A DNA stretch of 64,000 bases from Eledone cirrhosa (taxonomy: Eukaryota): NCBI GenBank assembly GCA_964016885.1, contig OZ024745.1, positions 120,404,001-120,468,000 of the forward strand. Direction: 5' to 3'. The translations under genes and the position numbers were made by a program. The notes under the pieces are model-generated. The model was not told the DNA's origin. It saw nothing but the letters and a program-made list of their open reading frames with translations, and did not search any database. Below, piece after piece: positions 47,061 to 60,432 of this stretch (within the stretch, counting starts at the first letter, position 1; every line of letters begins with the position of its first letter).

Positions 47061-47083
47061 TCAATAGATTATCTGATGCAATG
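47061..47083 (+). CDS. Uncharacterised 123-aa protein, 23-nt coding micro-exon E (SIDYLMQ[W])
   Basis: ~35-nt pyrimidine tract ending tttacAG, donor ATG|GTAATA, phase 0 to 2. Confidence 0.72.
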
Positions 47084-47186
47084 GTAATACTCCAGAATTC
47101 TACTTGTCATTTTGATAAAATAAAACAAAATCTGCCTTGTTCAATTTACTGCTAATCCTTTGATTTGGGGATTTTCTTTTCAATTT

Positions 47187-47365
<179 letters not shown>

Positions 47366-47754
47366 GTGATAGTGGGCTGTCGCTAACAAATTTTACTTAC
47401 AAAAGTAATACAGATGATAATTGCTCAAATTGTCAGGCATTGGGATCGAACTTGGAACAAAGTGATTATAAAGTGAAGTTTACAATATCTATAAAGAAAA
47501 GACATTTTAATGTGTGTACGCCAATATATTACTGGTATTTACTGATGAAATAGAAGTAAATATTGACTCTGAGAGAATTTCAATTCAGAGCTTCCAGAGC
47601 CAAACACCAACGCCACTATTAAACATCTTGACGATGGAACCTCTATGTATTCGTCTTATCTGTTAGAAATAGCTGTCAAATCTATGGACATGTGGTTAAA
47701 GCATCTAAAGAAAGAGTGTGTGCAACAGGCGGCGAATTGGAAGAGCCGTTAGAA

Positions 47755-48032
47755 GAGTCATGGGCAACCGTGGCACGCGAAGTGTTCTGAATGGCTCGCC
47801 TATGTGAAATCTTTCTGATTTTTTTACCCCAACTTTTCAGTCGTAATTTATCTGTCTATCATTTTTACGATCGAGGAAAACAACGTGTACGAATTCTGAA
47901 GAAACAAATCAAAACAACGTGAGTTACCACCCTTTTTTAATGTGGGTATGAATGTAAATTAGTGCTTGCGCCCCCCTGATAATGAAACATATCTCATGTG
48001 GCCCGCTTCTCGAAAAAGGTTGCCCATGCCTG
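47755..48032. mobile_element. hAT MITE nested in a SINE head
   Basis: TIRs gagtcatgggcaacc / ggttgcccatgcctg and 8-bp TSD cgttagaa / cgttacaa. The SINE continues on both sides. Confidence 0.85.
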
Positions 48033-49080
48033 CGTTACAATGTGGGATGGAATGCTTTGTGGTATTCGTTTCGACTATCTCAGTTGAAATCCCGACGAGG
48101 TCAACTTCGTCTTGTCAAGATTGATATAAAAAAAGTACCAGTCTAGTACTGGGGTTAATTCTTCTTCTGTCTTTTTCTCACTTCCTCTTTCTATATCTTT
48201 CTCTGGAATGTTCAAGAAATTCCGTATGTCACAACGGTACCCCTACGATTCCTTCGTGTGTTACGGGATTAATACCATACTATCTGTGTGAAGTAGGATA
48301 GATTAACAGAATCTGTAGAGCGACATGTGTTACCGTTAATATTCTGAGTTTAAATCCTGCAGGATATCAGCTTTACCTGCCATTATTTGAGAGCGTTGGT
48401 TATATTACTAAATCTCATCAAATTCTGGATTATATTTTAAATGATCTGAAAATCATAGACTGTGTCTTTCATTAGAAATTAGCAAAAGAGCCCGTCGTTA
48501 CCGGGCCCATCTTTCGCCACTGTAAATAAATACCCCCTCTCTCCTCAACAGGGCCGTTTTTAAATAGCCCCAGAACTCTACTATTTTAGGAGAGAGAAAC
48601 ATTTAAACTATATGTTAACATGGCCATATAGTTTGAGTACTCTGGACTTGACAATTGATGTAATTGGTCTAAGTTTGGTAATGTTGAGCAGCTCACTGAT
48701 AAAAATACGGTCGCTGAGCCGCTTTACTCAAACTATACGACCATATAAAAAGAACAACTCGCGGTGTGAGTAGGTTATGACTGGAAGGAAGGTTGGCTGG
48801 TAAGAGAAGCAGAGGCTGACAGCCAAAACGATGGCTTGACAATGTCAACTTATAGACTGGACTTGATCTTTGCTCTTTGAACTCTGCTGTTGGTGATCGA
48901 ACTTTGTGGAGAGAGATATCACATGTTAATGCGCAGTCTGCAACTGGCAGAGTTTAGCGTCACAAGGAGATGTTAACATGCTCCGGGAGTTACATAACCT
49001 ATGTATCAAATTTGAACAAAATTGGATGGAAACTGTGGAAATGCATCGCCTGCATACAGACAGACATTTTTGGATTTATA

Positions 49081-49153
49081 TTGGGTCGTCAGGTATGAAA
49101 TTTGTAGAAATGTTTTGGTTTTTTTTCTACAAATGTCATACTTGATGACCCAA
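49081..49153. mobile_element. Mariner-type hairpin MITE (MADE-like)
   Basis: TA-flanked ~30-bp TIRs ttgggtcgtcaggtatgaaatttgtagaaa / tttctacaaatgtcatacttgatgacccaa. Confidence 0.8.
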
Positions 49154-51312
49154 TATATATATATAAAATGGTAAGGAAAGGTTTAAAGATATGGAGAAAG
49201 TGTTAACTATAGGTTTTGAAATGATGAATATTCGTGTAATGTGGCGTATAAAGAGAGTTTGGTACGGAAACTTAGTTGCTGTTATAATTAATATAAGGTG
49301 AGCAAATATACAATATTAGCAGGGTTTATATTCTAAACGTATAGGAATATGTATTCATATAAACACATAGGAATGATCCTCCTTAGATTTCGACGATGAG
49401 TATTCCAGTTGTTTGATCAATGAAACAGCCTGCTGCCGTGAAATAACATGTAAGTGGCTGAGTATTCCACAGACATATATACCCATAACGTAATTCTTAT
49501 GGAGATTCAGCGTAACACGGTATGTGACAAAACAGGGTTTTTGTATTACAGGTATACAGGTAAAATTCCGTTATGACAAATACCAGAATAACGAAATTTT
49601 CAGTATAACGAATTTTTTTCAATCTCCGGGGTAATAACAAACAAATGATTTGTTTCGGTCGATCTCGTTATAAAGAATTTTCGTTACAATGAATTTTTAT
49701 ACCTCGTGAATTTCGTTATAACGGAATTTCACTAGTACATTCGACCGGCTTCCAAACAGTTTTTAATCACACATTTTCAGTTGCAAGGCTTGGGTTGAGC
49801 CAAGGCTATGGTAAATGATATTTGCTCAAGATGATATACAGTGGGATTGAACCTAGGACTTAATGATTGTGAGGCAAACTTCTTAATTCTGCCATGCTGC
49901 GTCCATATATAGCACATAAGTAAAATAATAGAGAGTTGGGTGATGACGTTCTCTTTGTGTCAGTCACTGTCGAAACGTCTGAAAAATTGAGAGTGCATCC
50001 CGACTGAAGAAGTAACCCCGTGGAATGAGGTGGTCGATGGAACGGGTGTCGCGGGCAGTTCTCCACAGCAATGCCTTCGCTATTCTATCCACGGGACGCT
50101 GCTGAGATATACCAGCCAGACTAATGTCTACAGTCTCTCGCTCCTTCCCCTTTCACTATTCACTTCTTTATTGCAAACATTACATAATTGGTTCTACTAT
50201 AGCCACAAGGCCAGCAATTTTAGGGGAGGGGAAAGTCGATTAAATCGACCCCAGTGCGTGACTGGTACGTTATTTTATCGACCCCGTAAAGATGAAAGGC
50301 AAAGCTAACCTCGGCGGGATTTGAACTCAGAACGCAAAGGGCCATAACTCTATGACGTGAAACGTTGTCCGGAGTTCTAGCGATACTGTCAATAAACCAA
50401 TTGAAATTCGTTGAAGAACATTTTGTTATGATAAAGATCGATGGATTAGCAGTATTGGTAGAGCGTCGGACATGCTTTGTAGCACAGAGTTACATCCCTT
50501 TACGCTCTGAGTTCAAATCCCACCGAGGCTAGCTTTGCCTTTCATTCTTACGGTGTCGATAAAATAAAGTACCAGTACTGCACTGAGGTCGATTTAATCG
50601 ATTTTCCCCCCTCCCACCAAAGTATTGGCCTTGTGCCTAAATCAGAAATCGTTATCATGATAACACCGTAGTTGTTTATTTAGTCTTGAAAACAATGTCT
50701 TCCAACTATTTCACACTTCTTCACACACACATCTCTTGCCTAACCTGAACATTTTCTATTGCACATCACACCATGTCATGACGTACATCACACCATGTCA
50801 TGACGTACATCACACCATGTCATGACGTATTGCTATGATTTCTTCTATAGCAGCTTCGAATGTTGACTGTGTTGTTGAGGAGAAAATAGTCTAAGGGAGA
50901 TAACTCTCATACTATTTGTATCAGAACTTCAGTTCAGGCAATATCGGTAGAGCGTTAGACACCATAGAGTTACGACACCTTTACGTTTTGAGTTCAAATC
51001 CCGCCGAGGTTAACTTTGCCTTTCATCCTTACGGGGTTGATAAAATAAAGTACCAGTAATGCACTGGGTAATTGCTGGCCTTGTGTATTGGCCAAGTCGT
51101 TGGAACGACGGATAGAATGCCGTGCGGTATTTGTTTCGGCTCTCTGAGTTCAAATCCCGTCGAGGTCAACTTTGCTTTTCATCCATTCGAGGTTTAAAAC
51201 TACGGCTCCCCGACGACTACCTCGGGAGTTACAGGGTCATATACACTCACTAAATTATATGATGTTTCCTTTAAGCTTCCTTAAAATATGAATACATTCA
51301 TTTCTTTTCCAG

Positions 51313-51322
51313 GAAATGCTGA
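51313..51322 (+). CDS. Uncharacterised 123-aa protein, terminal coding segment ([W]KC*), followed by 3' UTR
   Basis: Acceptor cattcatttcttttccAG. G completes TGG, then AAA TGC TGA. AATAAA at 51526-51531. Confidence 0.65.
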
Positions 51323-51525
51323 AGTAGAGTTAATTGGGGTTTGAAAATAGATTGCAGATTCGTTTTCTTGAGAATACTATGACACTTGTTCAACTATGGA
51401 GGTCCTGTACCACCTGAAACCATATGAACAGGACATTCTTGAAAAGTACAAAACACTGACTGCATCACATTAGAATTTAAAGTCTTTGTTGAAATAGTGG
51501 AACATTTCCCAACGATCTGTTTAGT

Positions 51526-51531
51526 AATAAA
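51526..51531 (+). terminator. Candidate polyadenylation signal of the + strand gene
   Basis: First AATAAA after the stop, ~200 nt downstream, with T/GT-rich sequence following. Confidence 0.45.
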
Positions 51532-54500
51532 GATACTACAAATATGTTTTAGATACCTGTTAGATCATTACAGGTAGGTAAGAGGTAAGACTAGTGATAT
51601 ATATATAGTGGTGATTTTAACTTCTAATTTTCAATCTTATTATCAATTTTAACTTCCATTGTGAAGCTATCATATCTAGACCCTAGAATTAAGTTTACAT
51701 TCTTTTCGCAGGGGTGATGGTCAACTCTATTGTCTAAGTATAAATAGAAGTATTGAAACTTATACTCCACCACTACCACTGAGTTTGGTCGGCTGCTGCT
51801 GGACGTGGAACTAACAATAAACCATAATTTAGTGGCTGGCACGAACCCTGTGACTATGTCACCTTACCGGCCGAATTGGGGGAAATTGGCTCTTGCCTAG
51901 GCTACTTTCGTTGTTTTGGGTAGTAATTAGATGGTAAACTTCCTTCACACTTGCGCCTGCGCAAAGCCGTGGAGGGGAATTAGGGTTCACAAGAGAATGG
52001 TGAAGACTTCAAGAACATCATCTTTGTCTGTTCCCTTGTCGTTTTAATTTGAATTGCCTCGTGAAGATAACCTTATTATGTAAGAAGCTGTCTGCTGAGA
52101 TCATGGCACTGGGTATACGAAATCGCAGGGTCACTGTCGTCATTGAAATATGTATCACTGCCTTATCAATGAAGGACTTTAACATCTGAAACTACTTCGC
52201 ATTTTCTTATTCTAAATATACTCAGTCATTCCTATGTGGAAAAAATACGTTGAGTGCTTGAATTGAATTGCATCATTGTTTACCGTATGTGTGTGTATAT
52301 ATATATATATATATATAAAATGTATACATATTATTTTTATTCATTTTCGCAATTCTCCAAAAGTTATATATATAAATATATATATATATGGTTCCGTCAC
52401 TGATGGTGGTCTCGTAGGGGCACCGTATTGACATACAGCGTTTCTAGGGCAATTTTTATACCTGGCGAAGCCCATCCCTCTCCAAGCCTGAATGCAGCAG
52501 ATTTCTTCCAGAGAAGTGAATGAAGAAAATACCAGTTCAATACTGAGGTTGATTCTTCTAAATTCTCTTTCTCAATCACTTTTTTCCTGGAAGAAATCGG
52601 CTGTTCCAGCCTGGGGAGAGATGAACTCTGTCAGATATAAAATGCCCAAGACTCTGTAACAATGGAGCCCCTACGACTCCATCAAGAGTTAAGTGCCCAT
52701 GGCATGGCATTTTCTTCACAACTTTATACGGTTTATAGCTGTGATGGGAATGTGCTCCACCAGGTTGATTTATCCTTTCCACACTATATGGAGAAAAAAA
52801 TACCCATGTTGACTGAGATAGCTCTTTTCTTTTTGCCAAGGTTAATACTTGAAAATATTTTTAAGAAAAAGGCCTTTAACTTTTGGGCGTCATACAGATG
52901 CTGTCCTGACACACATTTAAAACCTAGTAGAACCCAACCAATTTCTTCCAGAGAGAGGAAGTGATAGAGATTGGGGAAGAATCGGCTTAGTTTTGTTTAT
53001 GTATTGACCTCAAAAGGATGAAAGGCAAAGTTGACTTTGACAGGATTTGAACTCCAAGCAGTGGGTTAGAACAAATAGCAAAACATTTTTAATCAGACCC
53101 CCCACCTACCCCCAAAAAAGCTGCATTCATTTTAATGAGAACTACCACACAATAAAGCTGAGGGACTGGGTCTTTGGATTTGCTTGTACTAGGCAATATT
53201 ATGTTAAATCCATACCAAGCCCTCCTTTAGACATCTTAGATAAAAGACAAAACAATTCTGACAGTATATGGACACATTTCAATAGATGCCAACTTCTTAA
53301 TAAATACTTATACAGATGAAGATATCCTCATCATTTCACATCCGTTTTCCTTGCTAGCAAGGGTTGGGTGTACCGCCAGAGATCAAGTCAGTACTTAATC
53401 CAAGTTAAAACCTCTCAGACACGCCAAGAGTCACATCTCACATATGTTCCCACACTAAACAGAGCATACTGGGTGCATGTTATCATCACACCAGCATTAG
53501 GAAGGCTCTTGTCAGACTCATTTGGCAAGTTTTCTATGGCTGGATGCCTTTCCTAACACCAACCACTTTACATATACTGAGTGTATTTTATAGTGATGCC
53601 AGCACCATTCAAATAAATTATAAATATGAAAACTACATTGAAAACCATGAAATAAATTAGACAAAAAAAAGTAAGTTATCCAAGAAAAATGTTCTTTTTC
53701 TTTTATTATTTGCATTCAGTGACTTCTATTGAATTATAAGGGTTTCTAGAATACATCCAATGTTGATTAGATTCTTATTTAGAAAGTTAACACAAAACGT
53801 CACTTTTTACTCATGAAGATATTTCCTTTTGCCAAATTTATTGTTTAAACAAAGCTGTGGTGAAGGGTATTACAAAATAAACAATTAGAAATTAATAAAA
53901 TAACTGATAATTATAAACAAAATTAAGTTTAGTTAAGTTACTAACCCTTACATGGTAATACTTACTGAACTTCATAAACATGCCAAAGTTATCAAAAATG
54001 TTACCTTGTTGAAACGAGATAAAAAAGAAAATGATGATGTGATACATAAAACATGATTAATTTGACAACTTTATAGAATTTATATAAGTTTAGAATAGGA
54101 TTGATAAGTTACTGTTTTAAGTGCAAACTATCAATAAATTTTGTTAAAGAATCGAACATATTGTAAGGTACTAAGAAGAAAAGTAATGGTAAAGCTTCTG
54201 CATATTTCTAACTAACATACTAATTTTTTAGATACACACGGTTTTATGTAACTAGAATTTTTTTCCATATGCTGATGTGTGTGCGCATGTGTATGTGCAT
54301 ATGCATACATTTATATGTTTGAGTATATAAATATAAGCGCGCAAACAGATACACTTACAAAAATACACTCAGACATATATTCACACATACACTCACATAT
54401 AGCATAGTTTTTTCACAATCCCCTTCCTTCCTTTTACACACATATACATTCATGCAGGCAGCAGACGTAAAAAGAGAGGAGTAGTATGAGGTAGTCAAAC

Positions 54501-54765
54501 TGCTACTCTCTCTTTACCTGTTGTGACAGAATCGCAGAAATTTATATATAGATGCTGTAACACAAGCATTAGTAATCTTCTATGCTGTTCTCAGATGACC
54601 AGTATTTGTAAATAGTTTTATACACTGCTTACAGGACTACTAAATTTACAAAGTTTCTTTATGTATACACACATATATATATTTTCATGCTAGTTAAACC
54701 ACCATCAACAGGATTTCACAAACTCTGCCAATATACATACATGCATACACACACAGAGACATATA

Positions 54766-54838
54766 CAGGGTAGCCCAAAAGTCACCAGACAATTTTAAAC
54801 ATAATTTGAAATGGGCTAGTGACTTAGGGGACACCGTG
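54766..54838. mobile_element. Tiny Tc1-like MITE (similar element at 62092-62187)
   Basis: cagggtagcccaaaagtcac / gtgacttaggggacaccgtg, and cagggtgtcccaaaa / ttagggacaccctg. Confidence 0.65.
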
Positions 54839-54887
<49 letters not shown>

Positions 54888-55214
54888 GTACATACATACA
54901 TCATCATCATCATCATTGTTGTTGTTACTTAACGTCTACTTTCCCAGCTAGCAAATGTTGGACTGGTTAACAGACCTGGTTGGTACTGAAGCAGAGCTAG
55001 ACGCCCCCCCAGATGAGCCAAAAGACTGTATCTCATTTACATACATTTACACACACTACCAAGTGTAAATACACACACATGTAGCACAGAAACCATGTGG
55101 GTTTTTAGGTTCATGTTGAGTGACACCATAGTCAGATGTCTCCTACTATAGTCCCAGGTTGACCAATGGGTTGCAATTAAATTTGGTAGATGGAAACTGT
55201 AGGGAGCTTATTGT

Positions 55215-55221
55215 GTGTATA

Positions 55222-55275
<54 letters not shown>

Positions 55276-55540
55276 CATACATACATACATACACACACAT
55301 TATATATATATACATACATATACACATATATATATATACATACATACACATGCATATATATATATATATACATACACACGCATATATATATATACATACA
55401 TACACACACGCATATATATATATATATATATACATACATACACACGCATATATATATATATATACACATATACATACATATATATATATATATATACACA
55501 TATACATACATTATATATATATATACACATATACATACAT

Positions 55541-55584
<44 letters not shown>

Positions 55585-55610
55585 CATATACATTATATAT
55601 ACATATATGT
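55215..55610. repeat. (TG)/(TA)/(TACA) microsatellite complex
   Basis: Direct reading. Confidence 0.95.
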
Positions 55611-56109
55611 AGATAGTAAATGGAACTCCATTGGTGTCAACAATGAGTTTTGAGCAGTTTGATCAACTAAAATACCTACTCATTGAATTAGCATGTAAGT
55701 GGCTGAGTATTCCATACAGATGTGTACCTTTAACATCACCTTTAAGCAGAATCAACACGACAGTGTCAGGGTTGGACCTTTGATTTATGAGTACAACCTA
55801 TCTGATAAGGCTGCCACACAATCCCCGTCCACAGAATTTCACTTGCAAAGATTGGCTCAACACAAAGGTATCGCAAAAGATATGTCTAAAACCACAGTGG
55901 GATTGAACCTAAGACTTCATTCATGATTGCATCTCTTAAATCATTCATCCAATCTACACCCACCATATACACACAGATGAGTGAGTGTTTTAATGTTTGT
56001 GTATCTTAGTGTGTATGTGTGTGCCTATGTGTGTGTCCTTAGATTTCTGCAAAACAAAACCTAGAAAGAAATTCAATAATGAATTTTAAAAAGCTTGGTA
56101 AAATTATAT

Positions 56110-56310
56110 ATGAAGAATTTTAAATTTTCACCAATTTTTAAACCAGTAAAATTAAATTTTCACCAACTTTTAAACCAGTAAAACTATATTAAAAGAATTT
56201 TAAATTTTCACCAATTTTTAAACCAGTAAAATTAAATTTTCACCAACTTTTAAACCAGTAAAACTATATTCAAACGATTTAAAATTTTCACCTATTTTTA
56301 AACCATACAA
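56110..56310. repeat. Short AT-rich tandem repeat (aaattttcaccaa.ttttaaaccagtaaaa, ~5 copies)
   Basis: Alternating short and long units. Confidence 0.85.
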
Positions 56311-56680
56311 AAAAATACAATCAAAACTGTTTGGAAAAAAATGGTTAAGCAAAAATATATTTTACAAATCGCTATCACCATTTCCAGTTTTATCTGGTGT
56401 AACACATAAAATATAATTACTATTGAATATAATTATCATGTTCTTAAATGAAGGGAAAACATTCAAAAATATAGAAAGTATTGTGCTATTTTTCCCTTGC
56501 TTGCTTTTTGTTTGGGACTCAAAATCTCAGAAGGCACTTAAGACAATCTGAAGATTTATAATTTTAGGATGGGTAGAATATATATAGAGAGAGAAGTCTT
56601 ATAAAATAATTAAAAAATTACAAAAAGAGGCAAACAGCAGTTGGATTTGGCTAACGGTTAAGCAGAGTCATCTTTCTTAT

Positions 56681-57886
56681 CTAGCAAGCATGAATAATTA
56701 CATTAGTTATCCCAGGTGGACGCAGATGAGATGAGGAAACCAGGCTAGAACATGACAGAATGGAGGAACGAGAGAAATTTGGAACTTTGAAATCCCAAGA
56801 GCTTCCATTGTGTTTTTCATAGACGTGCTTTCGATTTTGTGTCCTTACACCAGTATCAGAACAGTTGGAGAAACTTTCATTGTGTGTTAACTTGGCAAAG
56901 GGTTGAGAAGAATTTGGGATGTAGGCGACAGGCTCGTTCAGTTGGTCAGTTGGTAATGTAAACGGTAATATTGTAGAGTGATAAGGACTTGGTAGCAAAG
57001 CAAAACCAGTAAAAAAGGAAGAATTCTCAGACTCCGACTTTGATGGGTTTTTGTTTTCAGATGCCTTTCTGGATCTTAAGCGGCTTTGGATTTGAGACCA
57101 AGAGCTTTTCATTGACTGAGCAGCTTCCTTTTGACAATGCGGAAAGGATGCATTTACTTTTGGAGAAGAGACTGAATGGTGACGGTTTCTACAATGTTTG
57201 CAGTGACCAGCTTGCTTGTCAAATTCATGCGGTGTTGGTGATTTCAGTGAGAACAGAGCCGCTAGGTTCAGTAGAGCAGTACTAATAGACACATGTGACA
57301 CTAATCTTGACAAATGGCCATCAGTAGCAGTCAAAGTTGTTTCTTGTTCAGAAGCAATGTCATCATCAGGCAATGAATACATCAAAACTTCATTCTGTGT
57401 CCCAACAAGCTCCCCTTTCTGAAAGTTGCTCTTAACAGCACTGGCCTGTGTCATTTTCAACAGCTTATGCAGAGCCCAAATTTCTGATTCATTTTCTTGA
57501 TTCAAAGATTCACGGGGAAATGTAGCTGCTCTGATATAGTTGCTCTGATTATTGGCACCGATTAACTGACAAACATTTTCTGCCTTGCATTTTGGTGATA
57601 TCTGCTTTGGGAAATTAGCATGGGAAATCAAAGATTTCCAAACTAAAGATTCTTCAATGCCATACAGACCATCTACGTTAACTGTTGAATCACATATCAC
57701 CCCCTCCATCTCATACAGATTGGTGGGGCAATAATCAGGCATCAATAGGTGTTGATTAGGAAGTATAGAAGCTGCAGGATGACCAATCAAAGCAGATAAC
57801 CTGGTTGTCAATGACATTGTTAAAAGTGAAGATGCTAGTAAAGTGAGCACACCAGCAACATAAGCCACAGAACTAGCAGCAAAGAT
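56681..57886 (-). CDS. Uncharacterised ~459-aa protein, last coding exon (401 aa; N-terminal hydrophobic helix, Ser-rich tail)
   Basis: Uninterrupted non-repetitive 1.2-kb ORF with no TE motifs. Acceptor attctcttttgtAG gives a phase 0 start IFAASSVAYVAGVLTLLASSLLTMSL. Stop TAG at 56681-56683. Confidence 0.88.
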   Translation of the reverse strand: MFAASSVAYVAGVLTLLASSLLTMSLTTRLSALIGHPAASILPNQHLLMPDYCPTNLYEMEGVICDSTVNVDGLYGIEESLVWKSLISHANFPKQISPKCKAENVCQLIGANNQSNYIRAATFPRESLNQENESEIWALHKLLKMTQASAVKSNFQKGELVGTQNEVLMYSLPDDDIASEQETTLTATDGHLSRLVSHVSISTALLNLAALFSLKSPTPHEFDKQAGHCKHCRNRHHSVSSPKVNASFPHCQKEAAQSMKSSWSQIQSRLRSRKASENKNPSKSESENSSFFTGFALLPSPYHSTILPFTLPTDQLNEPVAYIPNSSQPFAKLTHNESFSNCSDTGVRTQNRKHVYEKHNGSSWDFKVPNFSRSSILSCSSLVSSSHLRPPGITNVIIHAC

Positions 57887-59025
57887 CTACAAAAGAGAAT
57901 AGAACAAGATTACTTATTTATTATTAAAAGAATTTGATTCAGCAACATATCAAACTTGCAATACAATCCTTCATACTTTCACTGCTTTTTTAACATCAAT
58001 TTACTTTCTTCAGATAAATTATTTGAATAACTAAAATGACAACTAAATATTCTTTCAAATAAATCTTTAAAATATTAAATGTTAGCGCAATCATTTCTAA
58101 AAAAATAAGCCATCATGGTTAGTTAACTCCTTCAGTGCCATAGATGAGATAACTCGTCCTAACATGTTTGAACTAATTCCCAACAGTTCATAACTTCAAA
58201 GTTATCAACTCCTTTCCAACAGTTCACAACTTCAAAGCTAGATGGGGTTACTAGTTTATTGATGTGACGTTTGTCAATCAAAATAGTCATTTTACTGGGA
58301 AAAAAAACAGCACAGCAACTGGCTCCAATCTTTCATATATCCCACACCACCCACCCCGATCAATGAACTATCACTCTACCTCTTCAAAACCACATCTAAT
58401 ATCATCCACCACACATCACCTGTTCTTACCGCCCCCCAACCTATATCTCCTAATTCAGTAACACAGGTGTAGTAACCATTTCCCTCTCCACAGTGCCTCT
58501 TCTATCATAATGGCCCTCTTTAATGTCTCTCTCTGCCTTGCCAAGGTTACAGCAACTTCTCTACTGTTGGTGCTACAATAAAATGTACCCAGTACATTAG
58601 GAAGGGCATCCAACTGTAGAAAGCATGCCAAAAATGGAACATAATAAAAAAGCATGATCCCACACAACCTGCCAAGTCTCAAACAATAAAAACCCATCCA
58701 ACCCATACCAGCATGGAAAGCAAATGTAAAATATCCTTGTTTGTTATAAGTTTCAATTAAAAGGGTTGGCATCCAGTCATAAAATACTGCCTTTCAAAGT
58801 CCTATCCAATCCATGCCAGCATGGACAGCAAATGTAAAAACGATAATACATGACCATATTGGTGGTTATCTCCCTTTGTTTGGTTCTTCATTTAACCTTT
58901 AGCACTCTAAATTTTTTTATGAATTGCTTCCCTTGACACTGCATTATGTAAGGGGAGATTACTCTATTGGCAACATAATACGCCTGTAGCATCCCGATGC
59001 TTAAATAGGTAGGATGCTAACTTAC

Positions 59026-59143
59026 CTCTGCCAGCTCTTGACCAGTGCGCTTACACAAGTCACTGTAACAAGTTCCTTGAGTCAAGGCCCAGATGTCTGT
59101 GTAAGACAGCCAACCACGCTTTAAACCCTCATGAAATGCTATC
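59026..59143 (-). CDS. Same - strand gene, internal exon (IAFHEGLKRGWLSYTDIWALTQGTCYSDLCKRTGQELAE)
   Basis: Acceptor tttttgtttttcAG and donor GAG|GTAAGT. 118 nt, phase 2 to 0. Confidence 0.85.
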
Positions 59144-59810
59144 CTGAAAAACAAAAATGTCAATGTCTTATAATGATTTCTAATTTAGGCCTAAAGCCTA
59201 GCAATTTTGGTTGGAGACCCTAGTACTTGATTGGTTCTTTATGTTATGAACCCGTTAAGAATGAAAGAGAAAGTTGACCTCGGCAGGATTGAAGCACAAA
59301 AAGTAAAGAGTTATAACTAAATGCCACAAAGTATTTTATTCGACACTCTACTGACTGCCAATCCACCACCCATTTGATGTTCAGAAGAAAGACACTAGTT
59401 GACACAACTGATGCCAAATTAAATGGACATTTATTTTATTAATCATTTCATGGTTACATTTCTAATCAGTAGATGGCCTGTGTTAACCCTTTAGCATTTA
59501 AACCAGCCGTGTATTTGTATGTGTGTGGGTGAGAGAGAATGTCTGTGTATATGTGTGTGTATGTATGTGTGAGAGTGTGTCTGTGTGAGTGTGTATTTCT
59601 GTGTATGTTTCTGTATGTGGGTATTTGTGTGCATGTGTGTATGTGCGTGTGTGCGTATGTATGTGTGTATGTGTGTATGTGTGAGAGTGTCTGTGTGAGT
59701 GTATCAAATCCAACAAAGATTCATAGGATTAGTGAAACAGAAAAATATAAGAAAAATACATACTTTTTCTCAACTGAATTCAGTAGTAAATTGAACTCAT
59801 GTTGCCTTAC

Positions 59811-59825
59811 CATGAGTCTCCAATC
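59811..59825 (-). CDS. Same - strand gene, 15-nt micro-exon ([W]IGDS[W])
   Basis: Acceptor tttttattgtatttcAG, exon GATTGGAGACTCATG, donor GTAAGG. Phase 2 to 2. Confidence 0.7.
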
Positions 59826-59971
59826 CTGAAATACAATAAAAATGATAGAATATCAATAGGTACAACTTGAGAAATTCTTTATTAGTTTAGTTTTAGACTC
59901 TTCTACAAACACTTTACTATGATTCAATAGCAGACAGAACTTGTTCACATTTTACACTAAATTCAAGAGAA

Positions 59972-60305
59972 TCATCATCGTCATCATCGTTTAACATCCA
60001 TTTTCCACACTAGCATGGATTAGACAGGTCGTCCTCATATAGAACTGTTTCTGGCTAAGTTTCTACAGCTAGATGCCCTTCCTAATGCTAACCATATTTA
60101 CAGTGTGGACTGGGTGCTTTTTGTCGTGACACCTACACGACCACTTTACAGTGTGGGCTGGGTGCTTTTTGTCGTGACACCTACACGACCACTTTACAGT
60201 GTGGGCTGGGTACTTTTTGTCTTGACACCTACACAACCACTTTACAGTGTGGGCTGGGGGCTTTTTGTCGTGACACCTACACAACCACTTTACAAAGTGG
60301 GCTGG
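59972..60305 (-). mobile_element. Short RTE-3'-UTR-like element with a 48-bp internal tandem repeat (relatives at ~53340-53610 and 58570-58850)
   Basis: (CAT)n tail, gatgcccttcctaa block, unit ccactttacagtgtgggctgggtgctttttgtcgtgacacctacacga x4. Homologous to 62720-62985. Confidence 0.75.
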
Positions 60306-60391
60306 ATATGTTTTGTTTATGTTTTGTTTATATTTCCAGCAATACAAGACATTAGAAATAGCAGTGAAAACTCACACAAATCACACCTTAC

Positions 60392-60432
60392 CATTGGTTA
60401 ATGAGATGATCGAAGTTGGAGTGTGGATACAT
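60392..60432 (-). CDS. Same - strand gene, probable first coding segment (MYPHSNFDHLINQ[W])
   Basis: Donor ATG|GTAAGG in phase 2. ATG at 60432 is preceded two codons upstream by an in-frame TAA. Confidence 0.55.

Noticed and set aside
49935-50100. TGATGA..GAAACGTC and CTGAAGA motifs
   Set aside because: Core C3 is missing and stems I and II do not pair convincingly. At most a heavily decayed hammerhead.
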